Source: Intoshia linei
Taxonomy: Eukaryota; Animalia; Orthonectida
Direction of reading: 5' to 3'
DNA: 45,322 nt
NCBI GenBank assembly: GCA_001642005.1
Contig: LWCA01000168.1
Coordinates: 1 to 45,322, forward strand
Shown here: positions 24,201-39,119 of the stretch, piece after piece
Numbering within the stretch: the first letter of the stretch is position 1
How the letters are laid out: every line of letters begins with the position of its first letter
The notes under the pieces: model-generated
The model's database searches: none
Told to the model about the DNA's origin: nothing
Seen by the model: the letters and a program-made list of their open reading frames with translations, nothing else
Position numbers and translations under genes: made by a program

Positions 24201-27200
24201 TTAAACAAACATTTTGTAAACAAAAAGGGTGCTTTTAATGTTTTTTCGACATACAGGACATTCTTTAAAATTTATGGCACAAAGAGAACAACTAACATAA
24301 TGCCCACAATTATTAAAAACGACTTCAATATTTTTTTCACAACAAAACAGGCACAGTTCATTTTTCTTGATATCAAATTTTTTCATTTTTTCCTTTAAAA
24401 TATTTATTTTTTTATGTTTTTTTTCAATTAAGTATCTTGTTTTTAGATTTTTTTTTGTAGTGTAGCTAGATTTATCTGGCACTGAAATTTGTAAAACATA
24501 ATGATTGCCAATTTTGATAATTTGAGAATTATTAATATTGGTTGAATCATTCGAATGTATTGATACATCTGAAGATGTACTATCTGTTTCAATATCTTGC
24601 AGAGATGACGTTAAATCATTACATGTATTTTTATCATACAAGTATCTAGTTCGTGCTCTAGCTACTTGAGATTCAGTTTTATTAATGTCAAAAGTGTATT
24701 CATATTTTTCTTTATAATTTTCATACTTGTAAAATTTTTCTACTGCGCTAAATGACGCAATCGTCCTTAAACCTAATTTTAATGATTTTATTTTACGGGA
24801 TAGTGCACTTCGTCCCGGTAATATACAATTTTTTATTTCTATTGTTATGTGAGAACTTTGATAGAAACAGTGGTATTCTGTTATAGTTTTATAGGTTAAG
24901 TTAAGTATAAATCGATTCTTTGCGATTAAGTTGAAAAAATGTTTTTCGTTGTTCACTTTTATTCCAATTTTCAAATTTTTGCCACATATTGATATGGATT
25001 TCAATTGTCCGAGTTGAATTTTCCTAAAAATTTATTAAATATTAAATTGAATATTTAATAGGTATTTATTTTAATGTTTTAAACGTTTTACGAGCCCAGG
25101 AACCACAAACCATCCATCTGATACTGTTTGAAAATATTATAAACTGTGTATGATAATTTAAAACAGCTGACAGAGTCAATATTTTCCACAGGCGACGTGA
25201 GTTTTAAGAATTCAAAAATGTACTATCGTGTGAAGTAGAGCCATTAAAAAGGTACGCGTAATCGAATCAGAATCGTAACCAGAACCGGTAACCTGTTGGG
25301 TACGAACGGATATTTTTTTAAATATTGATGGACTAGGATAAGCGGGCCAAGGTAAAAACAGAAATTTTTTTATTTACTTGTATAAAATTTATTTGTATCG
25401 AACTGATTGTGCGTCGTTACTGTCTATGCGTAACGGTGATTGAATTAAAATTCAGATAAAATAGTGTCCATGATATACTAATCAGTGATTATAATCGGAT
25501 TAAATTTTTACGGTGGGTACGGGCGGTTATTGAAAAGTGACCCTATAATTCAATGAACCAAGCCTTGAACCCTAACACAATGATGTATACTAAGAATCAC
25601 CAAATGGTGACATGTAAATTCTATAACCGGGTAGATAACTTATATATTCACTCCACGTTTAACGACACAAAAAGATGTGGAACCGTGCTTTAAACCTCAA
25701 ATGACACCAAATATTAAAATAAAATGGTAAAACTTACACAGTCGACCAACTTGAATGTTTCAATTTAAAGACTAAATATGTTGGTTGAACGCAAATAATC
25801 ATGTCCGTATATAAAAAATTTTTCTTAGCAGACCAAGGAATTTTAAAAAGTTTGGCAATTTTCGCATTAATAATTGTTTTATAATCAAATATTAATTGCC
25901 CATATTCTGAGACATGCGAAATCAATTCGCACAGGTATATAGACAACTCATTTAAATTCAAACTACTAATGATTCCTTTGAAATTTTCCAACGAACCATC
26001 TAGATTAAAATATTGTTCTATAGTTTCCGAAGATGTGTTGTTTAAGTCTGTAAAAGTGGACACTGGATACAAATCTTCTGTTGGGATTAGAGTGCTACTA
26101 GATTGAATACCTTGAGTCCCAATTTGATACATATTATTGCGATGTGAATGATTTTTATTTTGGTTCACAAATATTACATTTGATCGTGTGTTGATATTAT
26201 TCAAAGTTATTGAAGATAAATTATGACTACTGTCATTCAGTTCGTTCAATCTTTTTAACATCATTTTTATTTTTCTCCATTCATCACCATTCAATAGTAT
26301 TGTTTCAGCGAATTCTCCGTTTGTATACTTGTTCAGTAGGCATTGTAGAAATATTTTTCTAAAATTTCAAAATAAATTTTAAAAAAATCACGTTATTTTA
26401 GGTCCGTCATTCGGTCCAGTCTTCTATTTCAAAAAAAATCTAATAATTTAAGTCAAGATGTCTCAATTGTGTCCGAGATATTAGTCGAATATTATATATT
26501 TTAAACACATACATTAAATCTAATCATACTTATTGTTATGTGAAAATATCAACTTTTAGTAACTTTAGTATTTTTTTAAAGTTTTAACTTTGAAGGTGCT
26601 AGATTTTCAGTATGAAATTTATTTTAATATTTGCACCGGAAAAAACTGAGTTAGAATTTTTAGTTTTCAATTTTCTGGGATTGTCAGTTTTCTCAATGGT
26701 TACACAGATATACACACACACATTTTGAGCAATAATTAATTCATATAAGGATGCAAAAAATCTTAATTACATATATGATTATAATTATAATTAGCCTATC
26801 GTATTTATATTTTGCAACGCACATTAAAATACAATTTTTATTCAAAAATTGAAATTTAGTAAACGTAAATTTAAATAACAAATTACCATTTTAGGAATTA
26901 AAATAAATTTCAAATTTATAATAATGAAGTTATATTTCAGTTTACAAAATCGCAAAAAATTTGTAATTTATAAACTTTATACTAAATTTAAGTAATATCG
27001 AAGAAACGGTATATAAAAAATGTAGAAATGAATTTATGAAACTGAAACACAGATTTTTGTATTTCAAATATAGAAGTTCAGTTTAATTTTTTTTTGTAAT
27101 TGTAGGATAAATATTTAAATTGACTGTCAATTCAAAAATTTGAAAAATATTAGTTGATAATACATTGTATATTAAAAATAATTTTTTATCTAGATCAATT

Positions 27201-28086
27201 AGAATAGGCTATATCAGATTAATTTTAAGATCATTAATTATTTTTTATTTTACTGAAATAATTTTCAAAAAAAAAATGAAATAAAAAAGAGTAACTAGTA
27301 AATGTTTTGACCCAGAAGTGGCAATTTTTTCAGATTAAAATTATATGTGTATGCTAACCGGAAATATAGCTGTATTAGTTGTGAATTTGAAAAAATTCTA
27401 AAACTTTTTTTCAAAGTAATAGCTAATTTGTTGTTTTGGTTTTGAAGGTGACGATTTTTTTTTTGAAATTTCTGAGATAAATTGTTTTGTCAATAAATCT
27501 TTACACACAAAGATAGACATACACACGTTTTTAGCAACTTTTACTTAATATACAGTGTATATTATACACACTTAATTTAAGAATAATGTAAGTAAGGATG
27601 ATATACAATATTATACATAATATACTATTCATATTAAAATTGGTATTACAATGTTGATTTGTCATGTACATTTCTTGGGGACACGAAAAATCGTACACCA
27701 AATTCCACTTGAAATATTTGAGCATAAGTGTTGATATTCTGCAAATTTATGAAATTGGATGACATTTTTTTCAGCTTTCTATTAATATAGACAACTTCGT
27801 TGTATAAATTATTTCTCGAATTTAACCAACAATTGTATTGATATGTTACACCTTGATGTTTATAATTCTTTGATTTGATACACAGGGAAAAATATTCTTC
27901 ATTATGTACCAATATTTTCAAACGATTACAAACCTGAAAATGTAAATTAATTGGTTAATTAAATCAATTAACATTTTAAAAAATAAATAAGATTACTTTA
28001 TGAAGAATTGTTGCTACCAAATCATATCTCGTAAATTTTTCCATTATTATCACATTATTTGGTAAAATAATATTTAAAGTCAACAT
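24201..28086 (-). CDS. MYLIP: FERM + C-terminal RING E3 ligase, MYLIP/IDOL (DNR1-like)
   Basis: Exons 28086-27997, 27933-27650, 26358-~25739, 25023-24201: ILHK|VCNRLKI..EYFSL..WLNSRN..VRFFVSP, ITEYHCFY, YTFDINKT..ARARTRYLY, RING CLFCC..CGHYVSCSLC..CPVCR. Confidence 0.88.
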
Positions 28087-30080
28087 ATTTACTAAAAATT
28101 ATGAATTATATATAAGTAAACGGTACAATTAAAATAAATGAATAATACAATGTCAAACTTTGAACGTACTTTCTTTATTTAAATGGAGATTATGAGGTCA
28201 CTTGATAATTTTGAACGTAATAGTTAATTTGGTTAATTTGTACACTGTGAATGTGAATTCAGTTGATACATTTATGGTGAAATGAATAATTTCATTTTAG
28301 ACATTAAGTAGTTGGATTTAAATTGAAAGCGAAATTGGCCATCGTACTTGTTTTCATGTGGATTACATTGATATATTGCACTGATTGTACAGTGACCGCA
28401 TGTAGTCCGGCTTATAATTTATTCATACAGGATTAGCTAAAGTTGTTGACTCTGTACTAAATATTATTATGTTGGTAACACATGTACTGTATCGTGAATC
28501 AGTGTTGACTTAAATCAATTTGTGAGTTAGTAATACAATTATATGGAAATGTCACATATTCACAATTTGTGATGCATAATTCCAATAATTGAAACATTTT
28601 GAAATATTAATTAAAATTAAAATATAAGTCATATATTGCTTATTTTAATTTATTAATACATTTTATAAAAGGCTAATATTAAGGTTAACATTACATTTTA
28701 TGATATAAAAAGGCAGTTTTGTAATAATGTGACTGTGTATCAAAAATAAACAATGTTTACATTTTTAAATTTATACATTTTCTTAAGGTTTTATTTACGA
28801 TTAATACTTGTCCTTATTTTATTAAAGCATAAACTAAAGGTGAAGTTTATAAAGATAATTGAAAAATTAAGTAAAGGTGTAAATATGGGAAATCGGGAGC
28901 TGTACCGTATTGATATTGATATTATAAGAATTGACGTCTAAGTAAATTTCGTGTTTGGATGTGATTAAATTAAATATGGATTAAATGTAAAACAATAGTT
29001 ATCTATACTAACAATTTTACTTAAATTAATCTTGAGTAATACAAAATAAAGATTAGCACTAAAATGAGCTAATGATTTGTAGGAAAATTTCGGACAATTA
29101 AATAATTTGTATCAAATTACCAAAGTTTATCTGAAAAAAATGAATGATTAACAAAAATAATATATTCATTGAATATATTAAATTATTAATTATTATAAAC
29201 CGTTGTCATAATTATTTAAAATGTTCCATACGACTGTTTTTTACAATACTTTATTAATTACTTATATATAATTGAATGTTTGTGTGTTACCGTTTATTTA
29301 AACAATTTTCAATTTTAAAAATGAAAAAAGTCTACAAGTGAACAAATCATAAATTTTGTGATAGTTTTAAAAATCATAAGCATTATCATAAATCACAATC
29401 CCAAAAAAGTGCATTTTCACAATCATAATCCCAGATTACTTTTTTTTAAATATTAAATTAGTTCTACAATTTTAAAAAATACAGATGATACCGTTATCTC
29501 CACTTTGTTAACACACAAAATATTTGAATTTTTAAAAATTACTACATATGTTTAATTTTATTTATTCTGAGATTTATGTTATTTTTCACTTTTTTTAGTG
29601 TTGTAACTAATTTAATTGTTTTGAACCATTTCACTGTCTGTGTATTCTATACTATACACGTCTGTTTATTCTATGATATACACAGCATAATTTTGAAAAA
29701 CTTTATTCTTTTATTTTCATACATTTTCACATAAGTAATTTAAAAATAATACAAGTTTAAATTAAAATATAAATTCCAGACGTGTGGTGATAGTACATAA
29801 AATTACATCAGACAGTGAAAGAGTTAGTCATACACTCGTTGTCTATAATAAACTAAAAAATTCATCTTAAAATTAAAAAGTCGGCGTTCGCAGAGCTGGA
29901 TACTGTTTGTATATTTTTCAATAATAAAAAAATACAATATATACAATATAGTTAGCACCATCTTAATTTAATTTATAAATTTTATATTAACCAACATTAC
30001 CATACCTACCATTTTTTTGAATTCAAAAATTCCAAAATTTTCAATATTCCATTTTAAATTTATTATTTCAAATTAAGTAC

Positions 30081-32419
30081 ATGAAAGATAGACTGAGTCA
30101 ACTAGCTTATTCAACAAATCAAGTAATATTTTACATTTTAATTTTACTCCTACTGCTTTTGGATGAATTTAGACAACTTACCATGTAGCTTAGCTTACTT
30201 TTTACTTGGTTTACATAGTTATTTTTCTTATTTAATAAATAATTTATTGATAACGTATTGATACGCTTTCGAATTTATCCTAACTTATATAAAAGGCTAC
30301 GCTATTTTTGTTTGTGTATGTGACTTTAATGAAATAACTACCACTCTTAGAATTTTTTAAAGGCCTTATTTCAATTACAGTTTTTTCCGGGACGTATAAT
30401 AAGATAAATTTCAATCTCCCAATTTCACATCTTACGGGTCAAAAACCCCTGTTGTCCCTCTTTTTGAAAATCAAAAGAATTGGAGAATTTAAAAAAATAT
30501 ATACGCTGATGCAGATTTTAAAATCATAAACATTATCATAATTTTAAATGCTGATGCGGATTTTAAAATCATAAACATTATCATAAATTTAAATTTAAAA
30601 AAATACACTGATGCGGATTTTAAAATCATAAACATTATCATAAATTTAAATTTAAAAAAATTACATCATCCGGACTAAAACCCTAAATTACCCTTCTTTT
30701 TTTAATGAAAACAACCCTAGAATTTCAAAACATTTATAGGTGACACAGTTGTATCTTGTTAAAACCCACAAAAAATTTCAATCCGAATAAATGACTTCAC
30801 GGTCAAAAAAGCATTTTAGTATTCATATATTTTTTTTCCGAGATATTTTATTAAAACAAAAAATGTGAAATAATTAACAGTCCGAAAATTAAAAAAATAA
30901 AAGATTATTTTGATAAAGCTTATTCCAGTTGATATAAATACAAAAATTCAATCCGAGAAATCTACGAATTCCCGATGAAAAATAATTTTTAATATATTAT
31001 CAACCAATATTTTTTAAATATTTCAATTAAAATAAAAATTTAAAATGTAAATATTGATCTTACAATTTCAAAAAAAATGTGCATTGATATTGTATATTAT
31101 CATTTATAGATCAACGATAAAAATTTTCAACTGATATTTTTAACTTTTTGTCTAAAATTTCGACAATAAATCGATTAAACAATGTATAGGTGTCCCATTT
31201 TTAAATAAGGCATACTGCTGACTCTCCATGGCCATGGTGTAACCGTATATACGATATACAATTGTATCGGAAAAAACGTAAAATTATTATTAAGCCTTAC
31301 ACAAAAACTCTAAGTTGACAGATATTATGAACGAAATGAAATTTTGAAAAAAGTGGTCTACTTTTCACAACTAGAGCATGGTTCATTTAATCTGTCACTA
31401 CTATATGAATAAAAATAAAAACCACTAACATACAATTAAGCTGGCTATAATGATGGCAAATTCAATTGGATTGGTAACGGAAAATGCAAAACCTGTTAAA
31501 TTTGAAGGTTATGACAAGCACACACCTTTGAATAATGATAATAAAACAAACGAAGGTATTTTTTAATTACATTGTAACGTCATAAATAACTAGATATAAA
31601 TAAAATTTGGACAATTAGTACCCCAGTAATTAGTTTTTCATTTTCTTTCTAATTTTTCTATACATTATATTTTTTATTAACCTCAGACTGGTATACTTTG
31701 CATTCAATTTAGACTATACAAAACTTTTTTCAAAACTTATAACAAGAACCGCTAATGATATTGAAACATTAATAAATTCTTTACCCGATGAACCTGGAGA
31801 TAATCAAGTAATTATTAAAAATTTTGGCAGTTAAAGGTTAAATAAGTATTATTAAAATTCTTTTTCATTTTGTACCGAGAAATTTTAAACATGGGTGATT
31901 GTTAAACTTAACACCAACATAAAGGCGTATGGTAAATTTTAGTATATCTTTGTTTTACGCTCGTATACTTTTTATTAAATGAGTTAAAATTTACGTTAAT
32001 ATTTAAGTTGTACAGTGGAATCGACTTATAATAACATTTTTTGTATGTATAACAGTTTAGAATTATTTTTGTCTTGGTTTTTCCATTTAACGACAGACCC
32101 ATTTAAGAATTTGTTTACGTCAGAAACTTAATTAATTTTCATATGAGTAGTTCTTACTTATATAAAGTAAAACTTCCTAAAATGTGCATCTCTGTAACCA
32201 TTTATTGAGATGACTGACAGTATTGTTAACAGTATAAATTTATTACTTTTAATTTAATTTTAGAATATGACTATGATGACATTACAAAGTGAACAAGCTG
32301 ACATTTCGAAAAAATTAAATCAACTTAAAGTTCACGTAGAAAAGGTGCATGATGAAGTTGATTCAAATATTAATGTTGTTTGCGACTTATATTTACTTAC
32401 AGATAAAAATAAAAATTAA
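30081..32419 (+). CDS. MED21: Mediator subunit 21 (SRB7)
   Basis: Exons 30081-30122 (MKDRLSQLAYSTNQ), 31441-31555 (LAIMMANSIGLV), 31713-31807 (YTKLFSKLITRTANDIETLINSLP), 32264-32419. Not in the ORF track. Confidence 0.88.
30280..30995. repeat. Helitron/DINE-1-like repeat in MED21 intron 1, with internal 3-copy tandem repeat
   Basis: Homologous to 4590-5135. Unit ctgatgc.gattttaaaatcataaacattatcataa.tttaaat occurs three times at ~30506, ~30551 and ~30608. Confidence 0.8.
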
Positions 32420-32686
32420 AATGTATTGTTTTATAATCAGTACAATTATATATTTCTCAATCAGTTTACGGAGGTTTTTGAGCTTATGGAAACATTTTTT
32501 AATTTAATCAGGTGTTATCAAAACGTTTGCTGGTCCAGTTTTACAATTTAATAGGTAAGTAATTTCTTAATCTAACAATTAACAAGCCATTATAATGAAT
32601 AGAATGGTGTAACTTTGATTTGGATAAATAAGTATAACATTTATTACAGTATTTACATGTCAGGTATATATTTTCATATAAAAAAA

Positions 32687-35469
32687 TTAATTGCAAAATG
32701 CTTTCCTATTGACAATTTTGCGTGTAAGACATTCAGTACGACAGCACCATACAAAATGACATCCATATTGTTCGGTTGTTTCAATTAATTCAATTCTATA
32801 TCCTTTATTGCAACATATAATTTCGCAATTATTGGAATGTGTTCTAAATAAAACTTTTCTTTATTGCCTTAAATGAATATATTAGGAACCCAAAATAATT
32901 TAAATTATTTTTATCCAAACTAAAACAATTGTGTATATAAAAAGTACCTATTGAGGCTACATTCCCTATTGGTAGCAGAGGTAACATAGTTTAATGCATA
33001 TCTTCTATATTTAGATTTTTTTAAATTTAAGTCTGTAGGCATGTATGATATTGCGCAATTATTGATATTATTAAAGTAAACAAGATTGTCGTTAGGTATT
33101 TTGTATTTAATTTTATCATTGTTAATTTCGGCCCCATCAGAAATTTGAACTAAAGAATTTTTTTTTATTTTTTTGACTCGAATTGCCAAATCAAATTTAT
33201 TTTTTATTATTTCTGCAATTTTGGTAAATGATGCCATTTCTCTATGACACATTTTCAAAGAACATGATCCAGATATACCATAGCATTTACATTTGGTTTC
33301 AATCGATTTTTTTACTACCTAGTAATTTTTGAAATTTTGAAATTAATTTCATTATATACCTCTCTACCAATTTTATAATTCCACAAATTTATTAGTCCAT
33401 TTTGAGTGTTTGGGTTTTCTAAAGTGTCTAATATTCTCGTCGAAAATCGTTCGCCATAATTAACGTCGTCCGAACAGGAACCCCATTGAAAATTTATTCC
33501 ATTGTTTCGCAGTTTCATGCTTTCATCACATCCACATTGTGATATTAAAGCTGAGGAACATGCTGAAGTCATACTGTACATTGTTGCTGCAGCTGTTAAT
33601 GCGTAAATGAATGCTTTTTCTGGGCTATCTAAATTTGAAAAATAATAAAAAAACTATGAAAATATTAAGTATTAAAGTAATTAGTTTTAACCTTTTTTAA
33701 TCAACTAAATTAACTTAATACATTATCTATTTATGAATTTGAAAAATTTCGTAAAAAAATTAATTTAGATTTACAAATTTATTGTAAAAATATTACCCTT
33801 TAATCTACAAATTTTATATATTTTTTTAAATTTTAAAAAGTGACGCTTGATTCAAAAACCATTGCATAAAAAAGTTTACATACATGTATTAATTATAAAT
33901 ATAATCATTTAAATTTAAATTTTTGAATAATTTCAAAAATTTTAACCGCTTTATAATGAAATAACAAATTTCTTAAATCTGACAATTCAAGTGTAAATTT
34001 GATGGTTATGAATTTTATTTTGAAATGTGATTGACATTTTTATTAGAAATAGCGAAAAATTTATGCAATGTGAAATTTCAACATAATCGCAAGGTGCCGA
34101 CATTTATTTTTCACATTATGGTCCTTATTATACGATTAATGAATTGGATTGTTTGTTTTTTTATAATATCATTATTTATTAATGGTATTTCCATTCAATA
34201 TATTATTATAATTAAGTTAATAAAAATATTGTTAAAAAAGTGACATATTTTATCAATTGTTATGATAAACTAACAAACACCTGTTTTGTTTAAGTTTCCA
34301 GTTGTAGCGTTGATATGAAATTTACAATATAAAAATTGAAATTTGAAATTTAAAATAATTTTTGTTAATGGTTTTATTTTACCAATTTTTTCATTGAAAT
34401 CCTAAGGGAAAAATACATCATGATCAAATTTTGAGTAGAGAAATCTCTAAGAGTGTGATTTTTAATGCGTATTTACATTTTCGTTAATTTTTTATCAATT
34501 CAAAAATTTAATTTAATTTAATGATAAACCCCTAATTATTGTAAACACGAGGCATATTGCCCTAGTTCTCTTTATGGCCCTATCATGATTTTGAAAAAAA
34601 ATCAATTTTATTTGATATTTAAATGGCATTGACCATTTTAGATAAAAAATTTAAAATTGTCAAAAACATTAAATTTTATTTAGTCACTAAATCATAATGC
34701 ATATTATTTACATATTCATATTTTATAATATGACATTTTAATTAGACATTGTTAGTGTTTTTGGAATAATTATAAAATGGGATAAATCAGATAATGATCT
34801 CTAATCAATTAACAAATTAATTGAACATTACACTATATATCATAGCTGTCAAATTGTATTGTGAAAATATTTGCCCTATAGGAAAATTCTCATGTTTATG
34901 TAAATTGTACATTGTCCTTGTAAAAGAAGCTAAAAATTTTTGTCAATTCTGTAGTTTGTGTTGATAAATTTATGGTAAAATACAAATTTTTGGATTTTTA
35001 AATGTAAGAATTAAAAATTACTTGAAGAAGTGATGAATTTGATATTATGTCTTTCCAATGCATATGTACAATTCCAAGGGTTTAATTTTAATTGATTTTG
35101 GCATTGAATAAGACTAAAATGAGCAGCTTTGAAAATAATTTCAGGAAATTTGTTCATTTGTTTGCATAGATTTGAGTGATTTTGACCAATAAACCCAATG
35201 TCTTTACATGTTAATTGATGGGTGGGTATTATGTTGTCAAAATCATTAATTCTATTTCTGAGAATATTGTCCGAGTTTATAAATTCAGAAAATTTATTAA
35301 CGTTCTGTTTTTGATTAATTAGCATTTTTTTCACTTTTTCTATTCCATCCTTGTAATTTATTTGCCTATTAAATAATATTAAACATTGACAATTTTTTAT
35401 CAATTACCACCAAATTGATTCCACTTTCACTATGATTATAAGAGCGTAGGTCATTATTGATAAATTCAT
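32687..35469 (-). CDS. Wnt family ligand (divergent; subfamily not assignable by eye)
   Basis: Exons 35469-35408 (signal peptide), 35365-35022 (QCQNQLKLNPWNC), 33628-33360 (EKAFIYAL..CGC..FQWGSCSDD), 33318-~32948 (CKCYGISGSC), ~32843-32687 (CC.KGY..CHFVWCC..C*). Confidence 0.93.
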
Positions 35470-36554
35470 TCTATGTGGTTGTTTGATAAATTCTTTTCAG
35501 ATTTATAATATTAAACGTATATATTACTTGTAATTATATAATGAAATACAAAATTGAAATTCTATTCCGCTTATGAAATGTATGATTAAAATTTGGACAT
35601 TCAAGAATTTTGTTTAGTACTTTGATTGACAAATTGGCAGTTATTACAGGCCTTTTCATTAATGTCTTTTGTTCTATTGTAACACGCCCATTTTTTTGTT
35701 GTACATTATTTAGGACAATTATTTCATGTAACGTGGTATAATATCGCAAACAATATCAAGCACAAAAATTGAACGGTTAGTCAACATTTATACATATTGT
35801 AATAATATTTAGTTGTTTTATGTACTTATTTCAATTAACATTATGATCCCATATCAGTGCCGTTGCATATCAGTGTTCATTTTTTACATTATTAATTTTT
35901 TAATTATTTGGATTTCATTGTTTATAGCGGTAGTGTCTTTTAATCAATTAATTTCATTATTTATGATAATTAATGATATGTAAATTAGAACAAAATTTAC
36001 TTTTATTATTTTAAATTTGCCGAACCAGTCGACTTTATCTATATAATTAATCAGATTATCCGTTATAATGTGAATTATTAACTAAATGGTAATGTAGATT
36101 TTAATATAAAAAATTTTATTGGTGTGATAAATTATCACTGATAATGCATAATTTATGAACATATGAATTAATATGATAAATTTATCACCCTTTTAATGTT
36201 AGACTGTAAAGGTGCATTATTTCGATAATAAATTACTAATTGAATACAAGTGTTCATTTAATTCCTAGTGGGAATAGATTGTTTTAATTATTTATACATT
36301 TAATCCCAATAAACTCAATGGAATTTAAATATCGAAATTAATTAAAAATGTGTAATTTCATTAGAAATAATATTGAAAATTTATTTTAAATGTTCTTTTA
36401 ATGCAATTTAAAACATTCATATTACAAAGTCTTTGTTCATTCTACGCCCAGTCATTGATCTAATTTTTTTGGGTTTATTTAGCATATTTTTAATTCCATG
36501 TTGATTTTTATCGTCTAATAGTAAGATAAATTATTTATTTCATGAAATATAATA

Positions 36555-37111
36555 CAGGCTAATTCCTCGTTGACGGAATAAATGAATTTGAAAAAAAATC
36601 TCATTCTCTTAAAATGAGGATTTTTTTTGGAAAAATATTCTCGTTAATGGAATTTTTTATAAATAATGTATACATTAAACATAAGATAAAAAACTTTTAA
36701 TTTTTTTTCGATGATTTATATTCCATGTTTGCCTTGGGGTCCAAAAAAATAAATATTTTGAAATGAAACACTATTGAACCGGGAACCAATGCATTAAAAC
36801 AATTAAAAAATGGAAATATTTTTATTTTCATTCCATTTAACCTATACTGGCAGGTTATTTCATTTCACATAATAAATAATCAAGCATTATTATCATCATT
36901 AATCGAGAAAATAAAATATTTTACGTATCTAAAGCTTTTAATTTGACCCGAAAAAGTTTTAGTATAATTATGATGCTAGTCATTTTAAGTTAAATGTATA
37001 TATAAATATTTAATATATTTAATGGAATTTTTCTACTTTAGAAATATTAAGTCCGTTAATCAGGAATTTTTTACCGTTAACGATAATTTCCGTTAAATAG
37101 GAATGAGCCAG
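36555..37111. mobile_element. Tigger/pogo-type MITE with TA target sites
   Basis: ta|caggctaattcctcgttgacggaa ... ttccgttaaataggaatgagccag|ta; the TIR matches the terminus at ~43865. Confidence 0.82.
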
Positions 37112-38544
37112 TAATAATACTAGTTTCAATACTCATTTACTGTATTCTTAAATGATTATGGTGGGTTAATGTTACATTTTACCCTATTTTTGGTTCATGA
37201 CTAATGATTTCATGCTGATTAAGAAATTTTTCCTGTACTGTATTTCTTTATTTACGAAATTAGCTTTACTGTTATGTATATTTATGTACTTCGTACAAAC
37301 ATCATCCACATACACATACAACTGTACCATCTGTAATTTTTTTTAAATTCTAGGGCTATTTTCATTTAAAAAAAATGGTAATCAGGGGTTTTGACCGTGA
37401 AAATTATTTTTCACTAAATTATTTTTTCGTTAAGATGTAAATAGGAATTTCGCAAATTGCAAGTTCCCGCCAAATTTAAGTCGAAAGTTTAGAATCTAAA
37501 GTTACATTATTTAGATTCTAAACCGTGATGACGATAATGGTCTTAATCATAACTACTAAATATATAGGACCATAACGTCTATAATTATAATTACTCAATG
37601 TTGTATATTTGTTCAGTAAATCATCTTGCCGTGATTTGAAAATGTTGACACTAGCTTTTGATTTAGAATTTAAAGTTCTCTAAAATTTTGAATTAATATT
37701 TCATAATTTATCGGCTTTGACAAATGTCTGTTTTTATAGGAATTAGGGCAGTAGAGAGGAGATATGGTGTAATATGGATGGATATTTTTAACATATTTCT
37801 GTTTTCACTGTTTTATTATATATTTTTCATTTTTTTATTCATAATTACAATTTTAACATTAGTTCTACACTTATTCCATTATTAAAGTTTCTTATTTAAT
37901 TTTATTGATTTATTAAAACTGTTAGTTTCATAATGGTATGAGTAAAGATTATTTTTTGGGCGACCCTCTTAATAAATTATTTTCACATTTATCTCACCAA
38001 GCAAATTGAATCTGACACCCTTGTTCAAAACTAAATCAACAACATTGATTTTAAATAACTCCACACTGGTCAAAACCAATATATTAATTATATATATAAT
38101 TCTAATTATTTACATTGAGATAATTGTCTGTATCATCATCGCAAACGTAATTTGCAAATTTTGAACTTACATTTAAATTAACAGTTTCATCTATAATTTG
38201 AATTTTTAATATCTGAAAGATATAAGTTTCATGTGAAATGTTAAATATATAATTAGATTCAGAAACAGACCAAAGTTTTTTTCATAATTTGAAATGGAAT
38301 TTTATACATTATAAATATACGTGGACTGTTTTGAAAAATTATTTTTAAAACCCAATCTATGATACGATTATTTGGTTACTCATTGGTAAATTATTCGTTA
38401 TTATTCGAAAACTGATTTTTTTAATTTTCAAATAATCAGGCTTGGTGTATCGCTAGGACAGAGTAGAACCTAACAAGCTCGAGGCAACTGATAATGAAAA
38501 ATAGGCCCTAAAGAAATTTACAAACGATTGTAGTGTATTATAAC

Positions 38545-39119
38545 TAGTGTTGGCAATCAATAATTTATCGATAAATAATTTTTTATCGATAAATTTTTGA
38601 ATATTTTTAATATCTATTATTTTTTATTTTATTACCGCCAAAATAACAAATAAAAAATCTAAAGTATGGAATTATTTTACATTAGTAAATAGTAATGAAG
38701 TTAAATGCACAAAATGCTATAAAATTGTAAAATGTTCAGGAACTACAAGATTATGTTATCACGTTAAAAATGTTCACAGCATTAATTTGAACGAAGATAC
38801 AAACCAAACAAAATTGCGAAGGATAGATTTTCTTGTTATTAATGAATTGATGGAAGAAGAGGTATCCAAAATAGCAGCCATGGATAATTTCTCATTTAAT
38901 AGAATAGCAAAAAGCGATTTTATTCATTTCATCATTATATAACTAAGAATAGATCCAGAATATCACCCGATGCTGTTAATGCTTTGGTGTTTTTGAAATT
39001 CTATTTTATAAACAAAAATAAATAATATAATAGTTGTAATTCATTTTTCAATTAAATTAGTTTATTATTTTTTATCGATAAATTGTCGATAAAAATATTT
39101 CGATAAATTGCCAACACTA
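38545..39119 (+). mobile_element. hAT deletion derivative carrying a BED zinc-finger fragment
   Basis: Perfect 13-bp TIR tagtgttggcaat / attgccaacacta, perfect 8-bp TSD attataac (38537-38544, 39120-39127), subterminal tcgataaa motifs. Internal SKVWNYF..CTKC..YHVKNVH..MDNFSFNRI. Confidence 0.92.

Noticed and set aside
24201-28086. Functional clustering of MYLIP with myosin II and kinesin
   Set aside because: Separated by unrelated genes and two unreliable scaffold joins; no evidence of co-regulation.
30500-30660. CRISPR-like repeat array
   Set aside because: Eukaryotic context, no unique spacers; it is an internal tandem repeat of a TE.
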